A stretch of 64,000 nucleotides of DNA from contig CM075988.1 of NCBI GenBank assembly GCA_038087875.1, positions 8,868,001 to 8,932,000 of the forward strand. The letters are read 5' to 3'. Made by a program: the position numbers and the translations under genes. Under the pieces are notes generated by a model. The model was not told the DNA's origin. It was given only the letters and a program-made list of their open reading frames with translations, and did not search any database. Positions within the stretch are counted from its first letter, which is position 1. Every line of letters starts with the position of its first letter. Shown piece by piece: positions 1-10,900 of this stretch. Origin of the DNA: Malacoraja senta. Its lineage: Eukaryota.

Positions 1-758
1 TATCCTACACGCACTGGGGATAATTTACACTTGCACCAAGCCAATTAACCTACAGACTTGTACGTCTTTGGAGTGTGGGAGGAAACCAAAGATCTTGGAG
101 AAAACCCATGCAATCACGGGGAGAAGGTATAAACTCCATACAGACAGCACCCGCAATCGGGATGGAACCCGGGTCTCCGGCAATGAAAGCGCTGTAAGGC
201 AGCAACTCTACAGCTGCACCTCCGGGCTGCTCCGTTGTGTTTTAAGATTATCACCTGTAACTGCGGTGCTATTTTGATTTTCTTCACAGTGGAAAGGCCT
301 GCTCACAAATAAATGCACTGCGAATGTTGTTGTTCTTGGCAGAGTTGGGAAACCTTTCCAAATCAAAGCAAGAGCAGAAATCAATCAGATTTGTTTGTGG
401 CAGTCTGAGCAGTGAAGGGCAGTGGGATCACGCTGGACTCAATTCCATGGGTCAGTTGAAATAGATCGTTAAATAACTTTCGGTCTCTCTTTAATGTTGT
501 GAATTGCAGCTCGAGTGAACATTGAAGCTTCCCCATGACTTCATGCAAGGTCAAGGAATCATTCAAATAACACCTGCAGGCTGGGAGGAAGGCGGCGAAG
601 ATCATTGTGTTTCTCCACCATTTCACTTCAGCTGAAGAGGATTAGATTCAGCTGGTATGGTTGGATACAAGAGAGCTTTTTGCAGTTCAATGTTCATTGA
701 GATGGAAAACAAGGTCAATAAGGAGAGAAAGAACTTGAAGTCAAGAAGAATCATTCTG

Positions 759-877
759 TAGGAAGGAACCGTAGATGCTGGTTTAGAGATTAAAGATAGA
801 CACAAAATGCTGGAGTAACTCCACGGGACAGGCAGCATCTCTGTTTCGGATCAAGAACCTTCTTCAGTGATTCAGAC
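759..877 (-). mobile_element. Penelope-derived short repeat
   Basis: 13-bp TSD AAGAATCATTCTG (746-58 and 878-90). Reverse complement of the Penelope 3' tail. Confidence 0.8.
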
Positions 878-2354
878 AAGAATCATTCTGAGATCGGATG
901 TGGTGAGTCTTCCATCAAAAAAGCAGCATAAACTTATATGTGGCTCTGCAGAAAAACATTGAGTTGTTTTACTTTATTTTACTGCTTCTGCTTCTATTTT
1001 GCAATTAATTTATTATTTTATGTTTTCAAAAATTAAAAAAACAATTTCTAAATGTTTTAATGATCAGCGAGACCCCCCCCCCCCCCCCAAAAAAACAAAA
1101 AATGACCGCAGGGAACCATTGAAGGCTGTCAGGGAGTTCCAGGGGGCTTTGTCCCATGGAGGTGTGCTGTCTGAGAGACTTTGGAGTCCAGACTCTGTCC
1201 GGACACCTCTGGAGTGGCAGTAATTCAGCTCCTACAGCCCAACATGGAACTGTGCCCATGGTGGCGCAGCGGTAGAGTTGCTGCCTTACGACATCAGGGA
1301 CCCGGACTCGATCCTGACTACTGGTGCTGTCTGTATGGAGTTTGTACGTTCTCCTTTGTCCCCGGTATGTGTAGGATAGTGTTAGTATAAGGGTTGATCA
1401 CTGGTTGGTGCGGACTCATTGGGCCAAAGGGCCTGCTTCCACACTACCTCTAAACTAAACTAAACTAAACTAAGCTAAACTAAACTAAACTGCTTTTATA
1501 AGTGTGGACTGCGGGCTGGGTCCAGGATCTCAGCCCAGGGAGATGGAGAAAAGTTAAGCAAACATTTGTTGCTGGCAACTTGACTGAAAATGCATTTCAG
1601 ACTGGCAGAGCTTAGTGTTGTTGTCACCTATAAATGATCTCTTCCTCCACCAGAGGGAGCCTCTGCCACACTAAACGTCTCAACAGAAAAAAAACAGTGG
1701 TTGAGAAATACCATCAGGATAATGCAGTGTGCGTGTGTGCCGTGTGGAAGCAATTTGCCAGACAGCTGATAATTAAACAGTGATCCAAAAGACTTGAGCC
1801 TCACGGCAGCATCCTCTGTGTCAGTGCGGCTTGGTTTGTGAATTGGCCGCTGTAAATTGCCCCAGTGTGTAGCTGACTGATACAATCTGAGGGAATTGAT
1901 GAGAATATGGGAAGAATAAAAATAAATGGGATTAACATGGGATTGGTGTGACTGTGTGGTTAACAGTTGACATGAACTTAGTGGGTAAAAGAGCCTGTTG
2001 CCTCCTAAGCACCACTAACTTATCTGCCTCCACCAACATCCCAGTAGTACGTTCCAACACCCTTTAAAAACCTTGCCCTGCACATCTCCTTTAAACTGAC
2101 CCTCTCACCTTAAAACCATACCCTGTATTGTTTGATGTTTCCATCCTGAGAGAGCGAGGCTCTGATTGTCTACCTCAGATCTGAAGAAATGGGATCATGT
2201 TACATAAGAACATTCAAGAGTCCTCCAGAACTCACCGATCACTTCCACCTGAGTCCACATGAAGGAGGGCAGTGCTTTAACCTCCAGGATGCTGTTTTTT
2301 CTGTGAAACCAGGGCCTCTTTCCAGGAGTTTGCTTAACAGTTGGGGATCCAACA

Positions 2355-3108
2355 ATTCAAAGGTTTCAAAGGTTTTTTATTGTCATATGTACCAATTAAG
2401 GTACAGCGATATGCGAATTACCATGCAGCCATACTAAAAAAAAGCAACAAGACACACAACTACATAAAAGTTAACATAAACATCCACCACAACAGATTCC
2501 CCACATTCCTCACTGTGATGGAACGCAAAAAAGTCAAATTTTCCTCTTTATTCTCCCGCGGTCGGGGCAGTCGAACCATCTATCGGGGCGATCGAAGCTC
2601 CCGCAGCCTGCGGTCGAAGCTCCCGCATCGGGGCGGTCGAAATCCCCGCATCGGGGCGATCGAAACTCCCGCGTCGGGGTGGTCGAAGGTCCTGCGGCTT
2701 GGAGTCGGTCTCTGACCAGAGACTACGAGCTCCGTGATGTTAAGTCCGCAAGCACCCATGGTTGGAACTCCAAGGTCGATCCCTGGCAAAGGAATCGCGG
2801 GCTCCACGATGGTAAAGTCCCGTAGGCTCCCAGCGGTGGAGCTGTCAAAAGTCGGTCTCCAGCAAAGGCCGCCAACTCCTCGATGTTAGGCCGCAGTGCG
2901 GACGGACATACGATCCGGAAAAAAATCGCATCTCCTTTTTAGGTAAGAGATTAGAAAAAGTTTCCCCCAACCCCCCCCCCCCCCCACCCCGCCACGTAAA
3001 ACAAGCTAAAGAACACTAAAATCATAATTTCACACATACTATTAAAACGCAAAGAAGGAAGGGACAGACAGACTGTTGGTGAGGCAGCCATTGCTGGCGC
3101 CACGCTCT
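2355..3108 (-). mobile_element. GC-rich non-autonomous retroelement, family X (second copy about 49145-49848)
   Basis: Two homologous copies with internal ~20-bp repeats and a LINE-like tail ...GACAATAAA(CCTTTGAAA)n. Confidence 0.65.
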
Positions 3109-3744
3109 CAATTGAGAGGGAGATCATGAGAACTTACTGAGTTTTGTGAACATTTGTGAACATTTGTGAACAATGGAACAAAATTTAACAGCAGCCTCAT
3201 TATCCACTCACAGCAAGAACAGAGACAGTGATCCCGAGGAGAAAAGGTAATAGTGACTCTCAAACGATGGAGAAAAAGTGTGTCAAGGGGAGAGAGGACA
3301 AGATGGAGTTTTTTCAGGAGGAAGAGGAGAGAGGCTCTCTCTCAAAGCAGGATCAATCAAAAAGAGGACTTTCCAATGGGGGAAAGTGGGAAAAGAGGGC
3401 AGAGAATGTTGTGCGAGGGTACTGAGGATTGTCATACATGTTTAGCGTGCAGTGTTGGAAAAGAGAAAATGAGAGAGAAATAATCAGGTTATTTCAAACC
3501 ATAATAGGAGAGTAAGGTTTGAATAGCAAATCTTTCAGAAGATAAATAAATTTAATATTGAAAAATGGAAATGCCGGAAATCTAAAATAAAACCAGAAAA
3601 TGCCACAGGGAGACACAAAATGCTGCAGTAACTCAGCGGGGCAGGCATTTTGTGTCTACCTTTGATTTAAACCAGCATCTGCAGTTCTTTCCTATACACA
3701 TTGTACACAGGGAAATAGTTAACAATGATGAAGAGTCCTGGACA

Positions 3745-3972
3745 AGGGCCTGTCCCACTTTCACGACCTAATTCACGACTTCTGCCGAGTTTGCCTTTGA
3801 CTCATACTCGCAGCATGGTCGTCACGAGGTCGTAGGTAGGTCGTAGCAGGCCATGATGCTAGTCGTAGGTACTCGTGGCATCAAGTAGGTCGGGGCGTTT
3901 TTTCTAGCATGATTAAAAATGTCCACGAGTAAAAAAGGTCATGAATTAGGTCATGAAGGTGGGACATGCCCT
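3745..3972. mobile_element. Harbinger-type MITE
   Basis: TIR AGGGCCTGTCCCACTTTCACGACCTAATTCACGAC with imperfect inverse at the right end, followed by TAA. Confidence 0.75.
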
Positions 3973-4383
3973 TAACTGTTTCTTTTTCCAATATCACAGA
4001 TGCTGTCTGACCTGCTGAGTCTTTCCAGCATTTTCTGCTTTTATTTCAGATACATAGATTACTTCATTGGAGCAAAATGCATGACCTTCCTTGTGGTAAC
4101 ACAGGGTTTTACCCAGTACTGAAAAGGAGTTTCGATTCCTCTCAGTCTTGTTATTTACTAAGATTAGTCATTCTTCATGAACAAAAGTGGCAGCAACTTA
4201 AACTGTAGCCATTGTATGTTATCAGATGGAAATTGTAAATAATTTTTAAAACTTAATATAAAATAATAATATGAAAATATATAACTCCATAAAATGAAAA
4301 ACTGAGTCTCCAATTTGAGAGAACGGTGAATGAATAACTAGCTGCTCTGTTGGTTCCATTCTGTTTGGTTACTGCGTTGGACC

Positions 4384-4439
4384 GTAAACATTAAGTGAAA
4401 TGTTTGCTCAAGGCCTGGGAGAGATAAAGCCCCTTATCA
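4384..4439 (+). promoter_or_regulatory. Proximal promoter motif cluster of VSIG2 (FOX, NKX, GATA)
   Basis: GTAAACA 4384-90, TTAAGTG 4391-97, TGTTTGC 4401-07, AGATAA 4422-27 and CTTATCA 4433-39, all within about 150 bp of the ATG. Confidence 0.5.
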
Positions 4440-4531
4440 CAAAATGAAACACTTCCATGCTTTAGCCCCGGACAACAGTGGAAGGGAGAGTTTCATGAAG
4501 GGGGCCGCATCAGAACGAGCTTTCCCTCAGA

Positions 4532-4577
4532 ATGCTGCGGAAATGTATTCTGATCTTTTCTTCTATCCTGTACTTTG
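4532..4577 (+). CDS. VSIG2: VSIG2-like exon 1 (signal peptide)
   Basis: ATG at 4532 reads MLRKCILIFSSILYF+G, then donor G|GTGAGT. The phase-1 end joins exon 2 in frame to give MLRKCILIFSSILYFDPALS|IYV, a plausible signal peptide and cleavage site. Confidence 0.75.
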
Positions 4578-4670
4578 GTGAGTAGATATTGGCAACTTGC
4601 AATGTTCTAAACAATGCGATCAGTGTCCTTGACATAAATAGCAGAGCCAAAGGTACTGCAAATCAGCCAG

Positions 4671-5078
4671 GGGTTTGGTCAGACAGTCCCATCGGTCAGT
4701 GTTGGTGTTGTACTGTGCTGGGCATTTGGACAGACATAGACCCATTGGCCAGTGTTGATGTTACACAGAGCTATGCTGGGCATTTAATTCAACACAGTCC
4801 CATAGGTCAGTGGTGATGTTATACTGAGCTGGGCAGTTGGTCTGACAGTTCCATTAGTCTGTGTTGATGGTACAATGAGTTGGGCATTTGGTCAGACGCC
4901 GACTTATTGGTCTGCATTGATATTACAGTGTACTGACCGTTTGTTCAGTCATAATCCTCATGATCAGTGATGGTGTAACACTGAGCTGGACATTTGGTGA
5001 GATTCGGTCAACATAGGTGTTACATTGAGCTATGCTGAGCATTTGGTCAGACACAGACTTATTGGTTTACATTGGTGT
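4671..5078. repeat. Degenerate minisatellite, about 8 copies of a 49-58-bp unit
   Basis: Consensus approximately GGGCATTTGGTCAGACACAGTCCCATTGGTCAGTGTTGATGTTACACTGAGCT. Confidence 0.8.
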
Positions 5079-5719
5079 GTTCTGCTTTACTGTAATTGTT
5101 TTCCTCTTGTTTCTACCTCCACTGTAAGAAAATCATTTTAAAGAAACAATTCAGGGGGAACATCTCAGTGCTTCTGGGTTGCTGATGTCCATGAAATGTT
5201 TAGTGGTGGCAAGTTGCGCAATGACCATGGTCACCTGAGGCTGGGCCATTGAATAGAACGAACTGGTTGCCACAGCTGGACATTACAGAATGAGTCCGAC
5301 AACGGGGATGTTTTACTTCCTCCATTTTGTATTGAAGGAATAGGTTCCTTTCGAAATCATTACATTTTGAATGGAACCCACAAGATAGTTGCCATGGTTA
5401 CGGCCACCTCTCGCTGATGGTGAAGGCAGTTGCTCCAACATTTAGTTTTAAATTGCCGTCAGAATCTTGTTGATGTCTTAACATGGATTTCATTTTTCAA
5501 ATGTATGAGCCAAGGAGTATGCGCCATAAATCATACTCATCGGATATTCCATATATTAACCATTTTACACAAATTGTAACACCAACACGGACCATCTTAC
5601 ACAAATCACATTTCATTCATGTCACAATTGTACGGTCCATGTTTCGGTCCTTATGAGTTCAGAATAAGGAGAAGTTATCTTAATGAGAGGTTATCTTACT
5701 GAAAATGGTTCAATGGGTG

Positions 5720-6027
5720 GTCACGGTGGTGCAGTGTTGCTACATGACAGTGCTTGTAGTGCCGGAGATCCAGATTCGATCCTGACTACGGGTGCTGTCT
5801 GTACGGAGTTTGTACGTTCTCCCCGTGAGCGCGTGGGTCTTCTCCGAGACCATCGGTTTGCTCCCACATTCCAAAGATGTACAGGCATGTTGGTTAATTG
5901 GCTTGGTGTAACTTGTTCCTAGTGTGTGTAGGATAGTGTTAATGTGCGGGGATCGCTGGTCGGTGCGGACTTGATGGGCCAACGGGCCTGTTTCCGCGCT
6001 TTATCTCTAAACTTAACTAAACTAAAT
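5720..6027 (+). mobile_element. tRNA-derived V-SINE (HE1-like). Other copies at 1-222(-), 1255-1490(+), 10440-10665(+), 14178-14488(-), 28343-28645(+), 30700-31005(+), 33735-33935(-), 34545-34813(-), 42997-43310(+), 45940-46440(-), 62054-62375(-)
   Basis: A-box GGTGGTGCAG, B-box TTCGATCC, V-domain GTCTGTACGGAGTTTGTACGTTCTCCCCGTG and (CTAAA)n tail. Confidence 0.85.
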
Positions 6028-7727
6028 TGCCTTTTATTTCTTAGCTGAATCTCACAAAGTGTTAATAACAGCATGATTGGATAGATGAATAGTCTATGGT
6101 ATAATCCAATTTTATTTCTGTTTATTAATATGACATTAAGTTCCCATGAATATTACACTTAACTACAACTGGTTATACCGTAAGCTTGGAGTAGCAATGT
6201 CGTTGCAATGTCTATTAGGAATGCATTGTGTAGGGTTTAGATTTATTGTGAGCATTGTTGTTAAGGAGTGCATTGGTAAATAGTTGTTAGAGTTAGCATT
6301 AAATACAACAACATTAAGTCAATCCCAGAAACCTTTGTCAGTGGTTGTACCCTTCTTAAAATATTTGTCGAGGCCAATTTATGCTCCATTGATGGATATA
6401 GTGTCTTACTTTCAGGCCACTTGTCCAATTATTAGCCTGCACACTAATAGAGCATGCCCACAAACCTCATTCCTGCAACGTAGTCAAGAATCCCTCATGG
6501 AATGTCATTGCATATGATCCCTGGAATAGTGATTAACACAGGAAAACACTGTGAGGTGTCAAGGGCTTGCATTTGTTCATAGACCCTTTATCCTCACCCC
6601 AAACAATCAGTATTGTTTATTGTCACGTTACGTATACTGGGGTACAGTGAAAAGCTTTTGTTGCATGCTAATGCACAATAGTGCCTGTAAAACTATAACA
6701 TAGACACCTTGTATGATGCACTTTAAATGCTTGGAGCAACGAAGATCGAACATAGAGCTTTACAAGAAAAAAAAGAACAAGCTTTACATTTGAAAACTGG
6801 TAAACCAAGTAATGTATATTGCCTCTGTCAAAAAGAGGGCGATACATCTGAAAGGTCTGGGGCTTGAAACTACTTGGACCATTTTCATGACTTTAACAAT
6901 TGCTCGATGCAATCCTCGTGGACTCATTCTAAAGCTGTGGGGAAACTCTGAGGAGATTCACTCACTTCATGACTATTTGCAGCAGAACTTTACTTGACAT
7001 GGGTCAGCTCCTGGGACTGTCCAAGAGCTCAGATTTGACGTGTGAGGTTCAAGCCACCACATAAAGCTTGATTCAGGATGTAAGACTTGGAAAGGTGTTG
7101 CGCACAACCTCATTCTTTGTTCAAAATCTCTCTTCAGAACATTTGAATTATTTGCATTGAGGTGGCTGCCTGTATTTGGATTGTGTGTATCATTAAAAAG
7201 TACTCCATTTCATAACCCAGTCTCTCGGCATTTCTCTCCTCACACAGACTGCCTGCTGAGTAGTTCCAACATTTTCATTTTTATTACATCTTCAAACACA
7301 TGCTGCCAAGAAGCCTTTAACTCCCCACTTTCTCAGAATAACATTCAGGAGTCTGTGATATTTTGTTCTTGTAATTGGTTTTTCTTCCCTCTTGCATTGA
7401 AGATACCCGATGGATCAGGGTGAAGGTGTGAGGACACCTATTCAAAGAGCTACCATCCCTAAGCAGGGTTGGTGTCAGGAGGTTATTCATTATGTGAGCA
7501 TTTGGGTAATGATGTATGATTTTGCACATGTGCTTTCCATCAGGAACTATCATGAGTAGACACAAGGAACTGCAGAAGCTGGAATCTTGAGCAAAAAACA
7601 CAAAGTGCTGGAGGAACTCAGCATCTCTGGAGGATATGGGTAGGCCATGTTTCAGGTTGGGGCCCTTCTTCAGATGGATTGTAGTAGTAGATAGAAAGCT
7701 GGAACAAAGGTAGGGCAGGACAAAATG

Positions 7728-7953
7728 TGTAGGAAGGAAGTGCAGATGCTGGTTTATACCAAAGATAGAAACAAAATGCTGGAGTAACTCAGCGGGTCAG
7801 GCAACATCTCTGAAGAAAAATGATGTGACATTTCGGGTCAGAATCCTTCGTCAGTCTTGATGAAGAAGGGTTCCGACCTGAAACATCACTCATCCTTTTC
7901 CTATAGAGATGCTGTCTGACCCATTGAGTTACTCCAGCACTTTGTGTCTACCT
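7728..7953. repeat. Head-to-head inverted pair of Penelope 3' tails (similar pairs near 17483-17640, 21183-21390, 31373-31572, 52757-52950)
   Basis: An antisense copy is followed directly by a sense copy, meeting at the CTGAAGAAGG...GAAAC core. Confidence 0.75.
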
Positions 7954-10900
7954 TAAGCAAAACAAAGCCAGGCGAGTGATAGGTGGATACAGGCAAGAGG
8001 GTGTTGATTGGCAGATGGGTGGACAAAGCCCAGAAATAAAAAGAAGACAAAAGATCTATCTTTGACCTGGCCAACCTTCAGTCTGATCCAGGTCAAATGC
8101 ATTAAAGTTAATTTAATTTACAACCATAGCTACTGCTGTAAGGTAGATAATTAAATATGAATTCTTAATCTCTAAGGTCATAGAGTCATAGAGTGATACA
8201 GTGTGGAAACAGGCCCTTTGTGCCAACTTGCCCACACCGGCCAACAATGTCCCAGCTACACTAGTCCCACATGCCTGTGCTTGGTCCATATCCCTGCAAA
8301 CCCGTCCTATCCATTTATCTGTCTAACTGTTTCTTAGTCCCAGCCTCAACTACCTTCTCTGGCACCTTGTTCCATACACCCACCACCCTTTGTGTGAAAA
8401 AGTTACCCCTCGTATTCTTTATTGTTTTGCAGTGACCTACTCTTTCTGATTGTGAATTAAAGTATTTCAGCCCAGCTCCTACTACGCTGACCCATAGATG
8501 GGTCTATGATAATCTACGACTAGTTCACCCAGCACTGTTGAGCATGGGTGTCTCAAACACTGAGGTCTGAAAATATCACTGCATAACTAGAGCTGCTATA
8601 ATTAGTTCTCATAAACTTTCTCTGACAGAATTGGGCCACATCCTGCTGTGAGGAGAAGAGAATGTTCTTTTTCAATTCCAAACTTATACTCGTCTTTATT
8701 CCTTTTGCAGCAATACTTAACTGGAGGGCCATGTTCTAAACAGACCAACTCAGTAAATCTATTCCAGCTGGAATTGGACTATTCTGTCAGTGAAAGTAAC
8801 ACTTTGTAGGTCCCCACAGTTCAGCTATGGAGTTGAGCACAGTACAAGTGACCCCATAAGTTATGCTGGTGGCTGCTGCCCATAACTGAAGAACGGTCTC
8901 GACTCTTGCAAAAGTTCCTCAGGGCAAAGTCCCAAGTCCAACCACCTTCAGAAGCATCTTCACTTTAGAAATGGGTTTGTTTACTGATTATTATATTGCA
9001 CAGTACTCAGTTCCATTTGAATATCTTAAGGTAATTAAGCAGATCTGTGCCCCCTGCAGTAAGATGGAAATTATTTTCAGGCTTGGGCCCAGGACCAAAT
9101 CATGATAACACTTGCAAACACCAGGGCTTCTCATCGCCAACAAGCAGAAGCTAATTGCCTCACTCTCGCCAAGTGGCACATCTACAGCATCGTGGGGGTT
9201 GTGGGGCGGTCAACTAGAAACTTATCTGGACCAGGTATATATACACTCTCGTGTTTCCAGAGCAGTTTAAAATCTGGATATTCTTACAGCAAGTAAATCA
9301 CCTCCTGATTCCCAAAGTATTTGTAGCATCCATCAGTCTGAAGAAGGATCCCGACCCGAAACATCGCCTACCCATTCCCCTCCACAGATGCTGCCTGACA
9401 CATTGGGTTCCTCCAGCAGTTTTTTTTTTGCCACAGTTGGACACATGTAAAAAATGAGCAAATGCAAGTTGTGGAGAGCATTGTCTACTTGCCTGGGTGA
9501 GTGAACATCTGGCATCACTCAAAGAAATGGAGGCCAAATAGACCACAGGATTTGCTTTATCTCCACAACTTGCATTTGCTCATGTTTCATCTGGTACAAT
9601 GTGGTTGCAGTGTGCACAATGTGCAAGATCTTTTCATGACACCTCCAAAATGCCCTAACTCTCCAGTTGAGGAAGACAAAGACAGAGGTGCAAGGTACCT
9701 CAACATCTCCAGGTATCTTCTCCAGGTCGTATGCTATTCTGACATGGAAATATATTGCCATTCCTTCACCTGAGAGATTGCCATGGATCAAGAGATGGCT
9801 TACCCAACACCTTAAGGACATTAATGATGCTAAAACAATGCATTTTATTTCCAATGAAGACCACGTGAATAAAAAAAGCAAAGCAGCTTTTATTGCATTC
9901 TTCCAATTGTCACTCTTCTATGTCTGACCCATACTGAATAGGATTTACTAGGGCAGTCTACTGATATCTGTCGGGATCAAGTCCAAACTAATGCTGGCAG
10001 ATACAAAGGAACGAGAGGAGCCATAAATTAAAGACAATGCTGGAAATACACAGCCCTTCAGGCAGTATTTGTGAAGGGAAATAGAATTAATGATTTAGGT
10101 CCATGGCTTCATATCAACTCTGCTCTGCTGAGTATTTTCAATATCTTCTATTTATTTTTTCGACTTCAAGCAATCACAGTATCTTTCATTTGATGGGAAT
10201 CATATTTGGAATCAATATATTTCTCCTTTCCAATATACAATTCTCCACAGGTTTCTCAAGGCGGTCACCAGGAATGTGAATCAGGCCTTTCCTCACATTG
10301 CTCAGCTCACAAACTCCCCTGACTGGAATCAACTTACTTTTTGTCATGTACTACATTGGTGATTCTTCTCATGGTTGGTCTTGGTGCTGCTGTCATACCC
10401 TTTGAGAAAACAACAGATGGTGATGGAACACTTTGGGGAAGCACAGTGGCGCAGCTGGTAGAGCAGCCATCTTACAACAGCAGAGACCCAGGTTCGATTC
10501 TGACCTTGGGTGCTGTCTGTGCGGAGTTTGCACGTTCTCCCTGTGACCGCATTGGTTTCAGACTAGAACTAGATACCAGAAGTAGTGTAAACAAGTGATT
10601 TGATGGTCAGCATGGATTCCGTGGCTGAAGGTCTTGTTTCCATGCTGTATTTTTAAACTAAGCTAAACACTCAGTGGGTCAGACAGCATCTATGTAAAGA
10701 AGGTTGACATTTCAGATTGGAGAGCTTGCATCTTTGACTTGAAACATTAAATTTGTTTCTCTTTCTAGATTTAACCTGACTTGCTGAGTGTTTCTAACTT
10801 TGTCTGTTTTTATTTTGGATTCCCAGCTTCTGCAGTTTATTGATTTTCATTTGCTATATTGTGTATTGCAGAAGGCACCTGTGTTTTTGGTGCTAATCAA

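Noticed and set aside
4671..5078. CRISPR-like periodicity
   Set aside because: Units are tandem without unique spacers, the context is eukaryotic, and there are no cas genes.
5720..5790. tRNA-like A/B boxes
   Set aside because: SINE heads, with no complete cloverleaf.
9102..9233. Phase-1-compatible ORF (MITLANT...) as alternative exon 1
   Set aside because: Not signal-peptide-like and has a weak donor. 4532-4577 fits much better.
10341..10598. Hydrophobic ORF LSCTTLVILLMVGLGAAV
   Set aside because: No ATG before the hydrophobic run, an in-frame stop just upstream, and it runs into a SINE.
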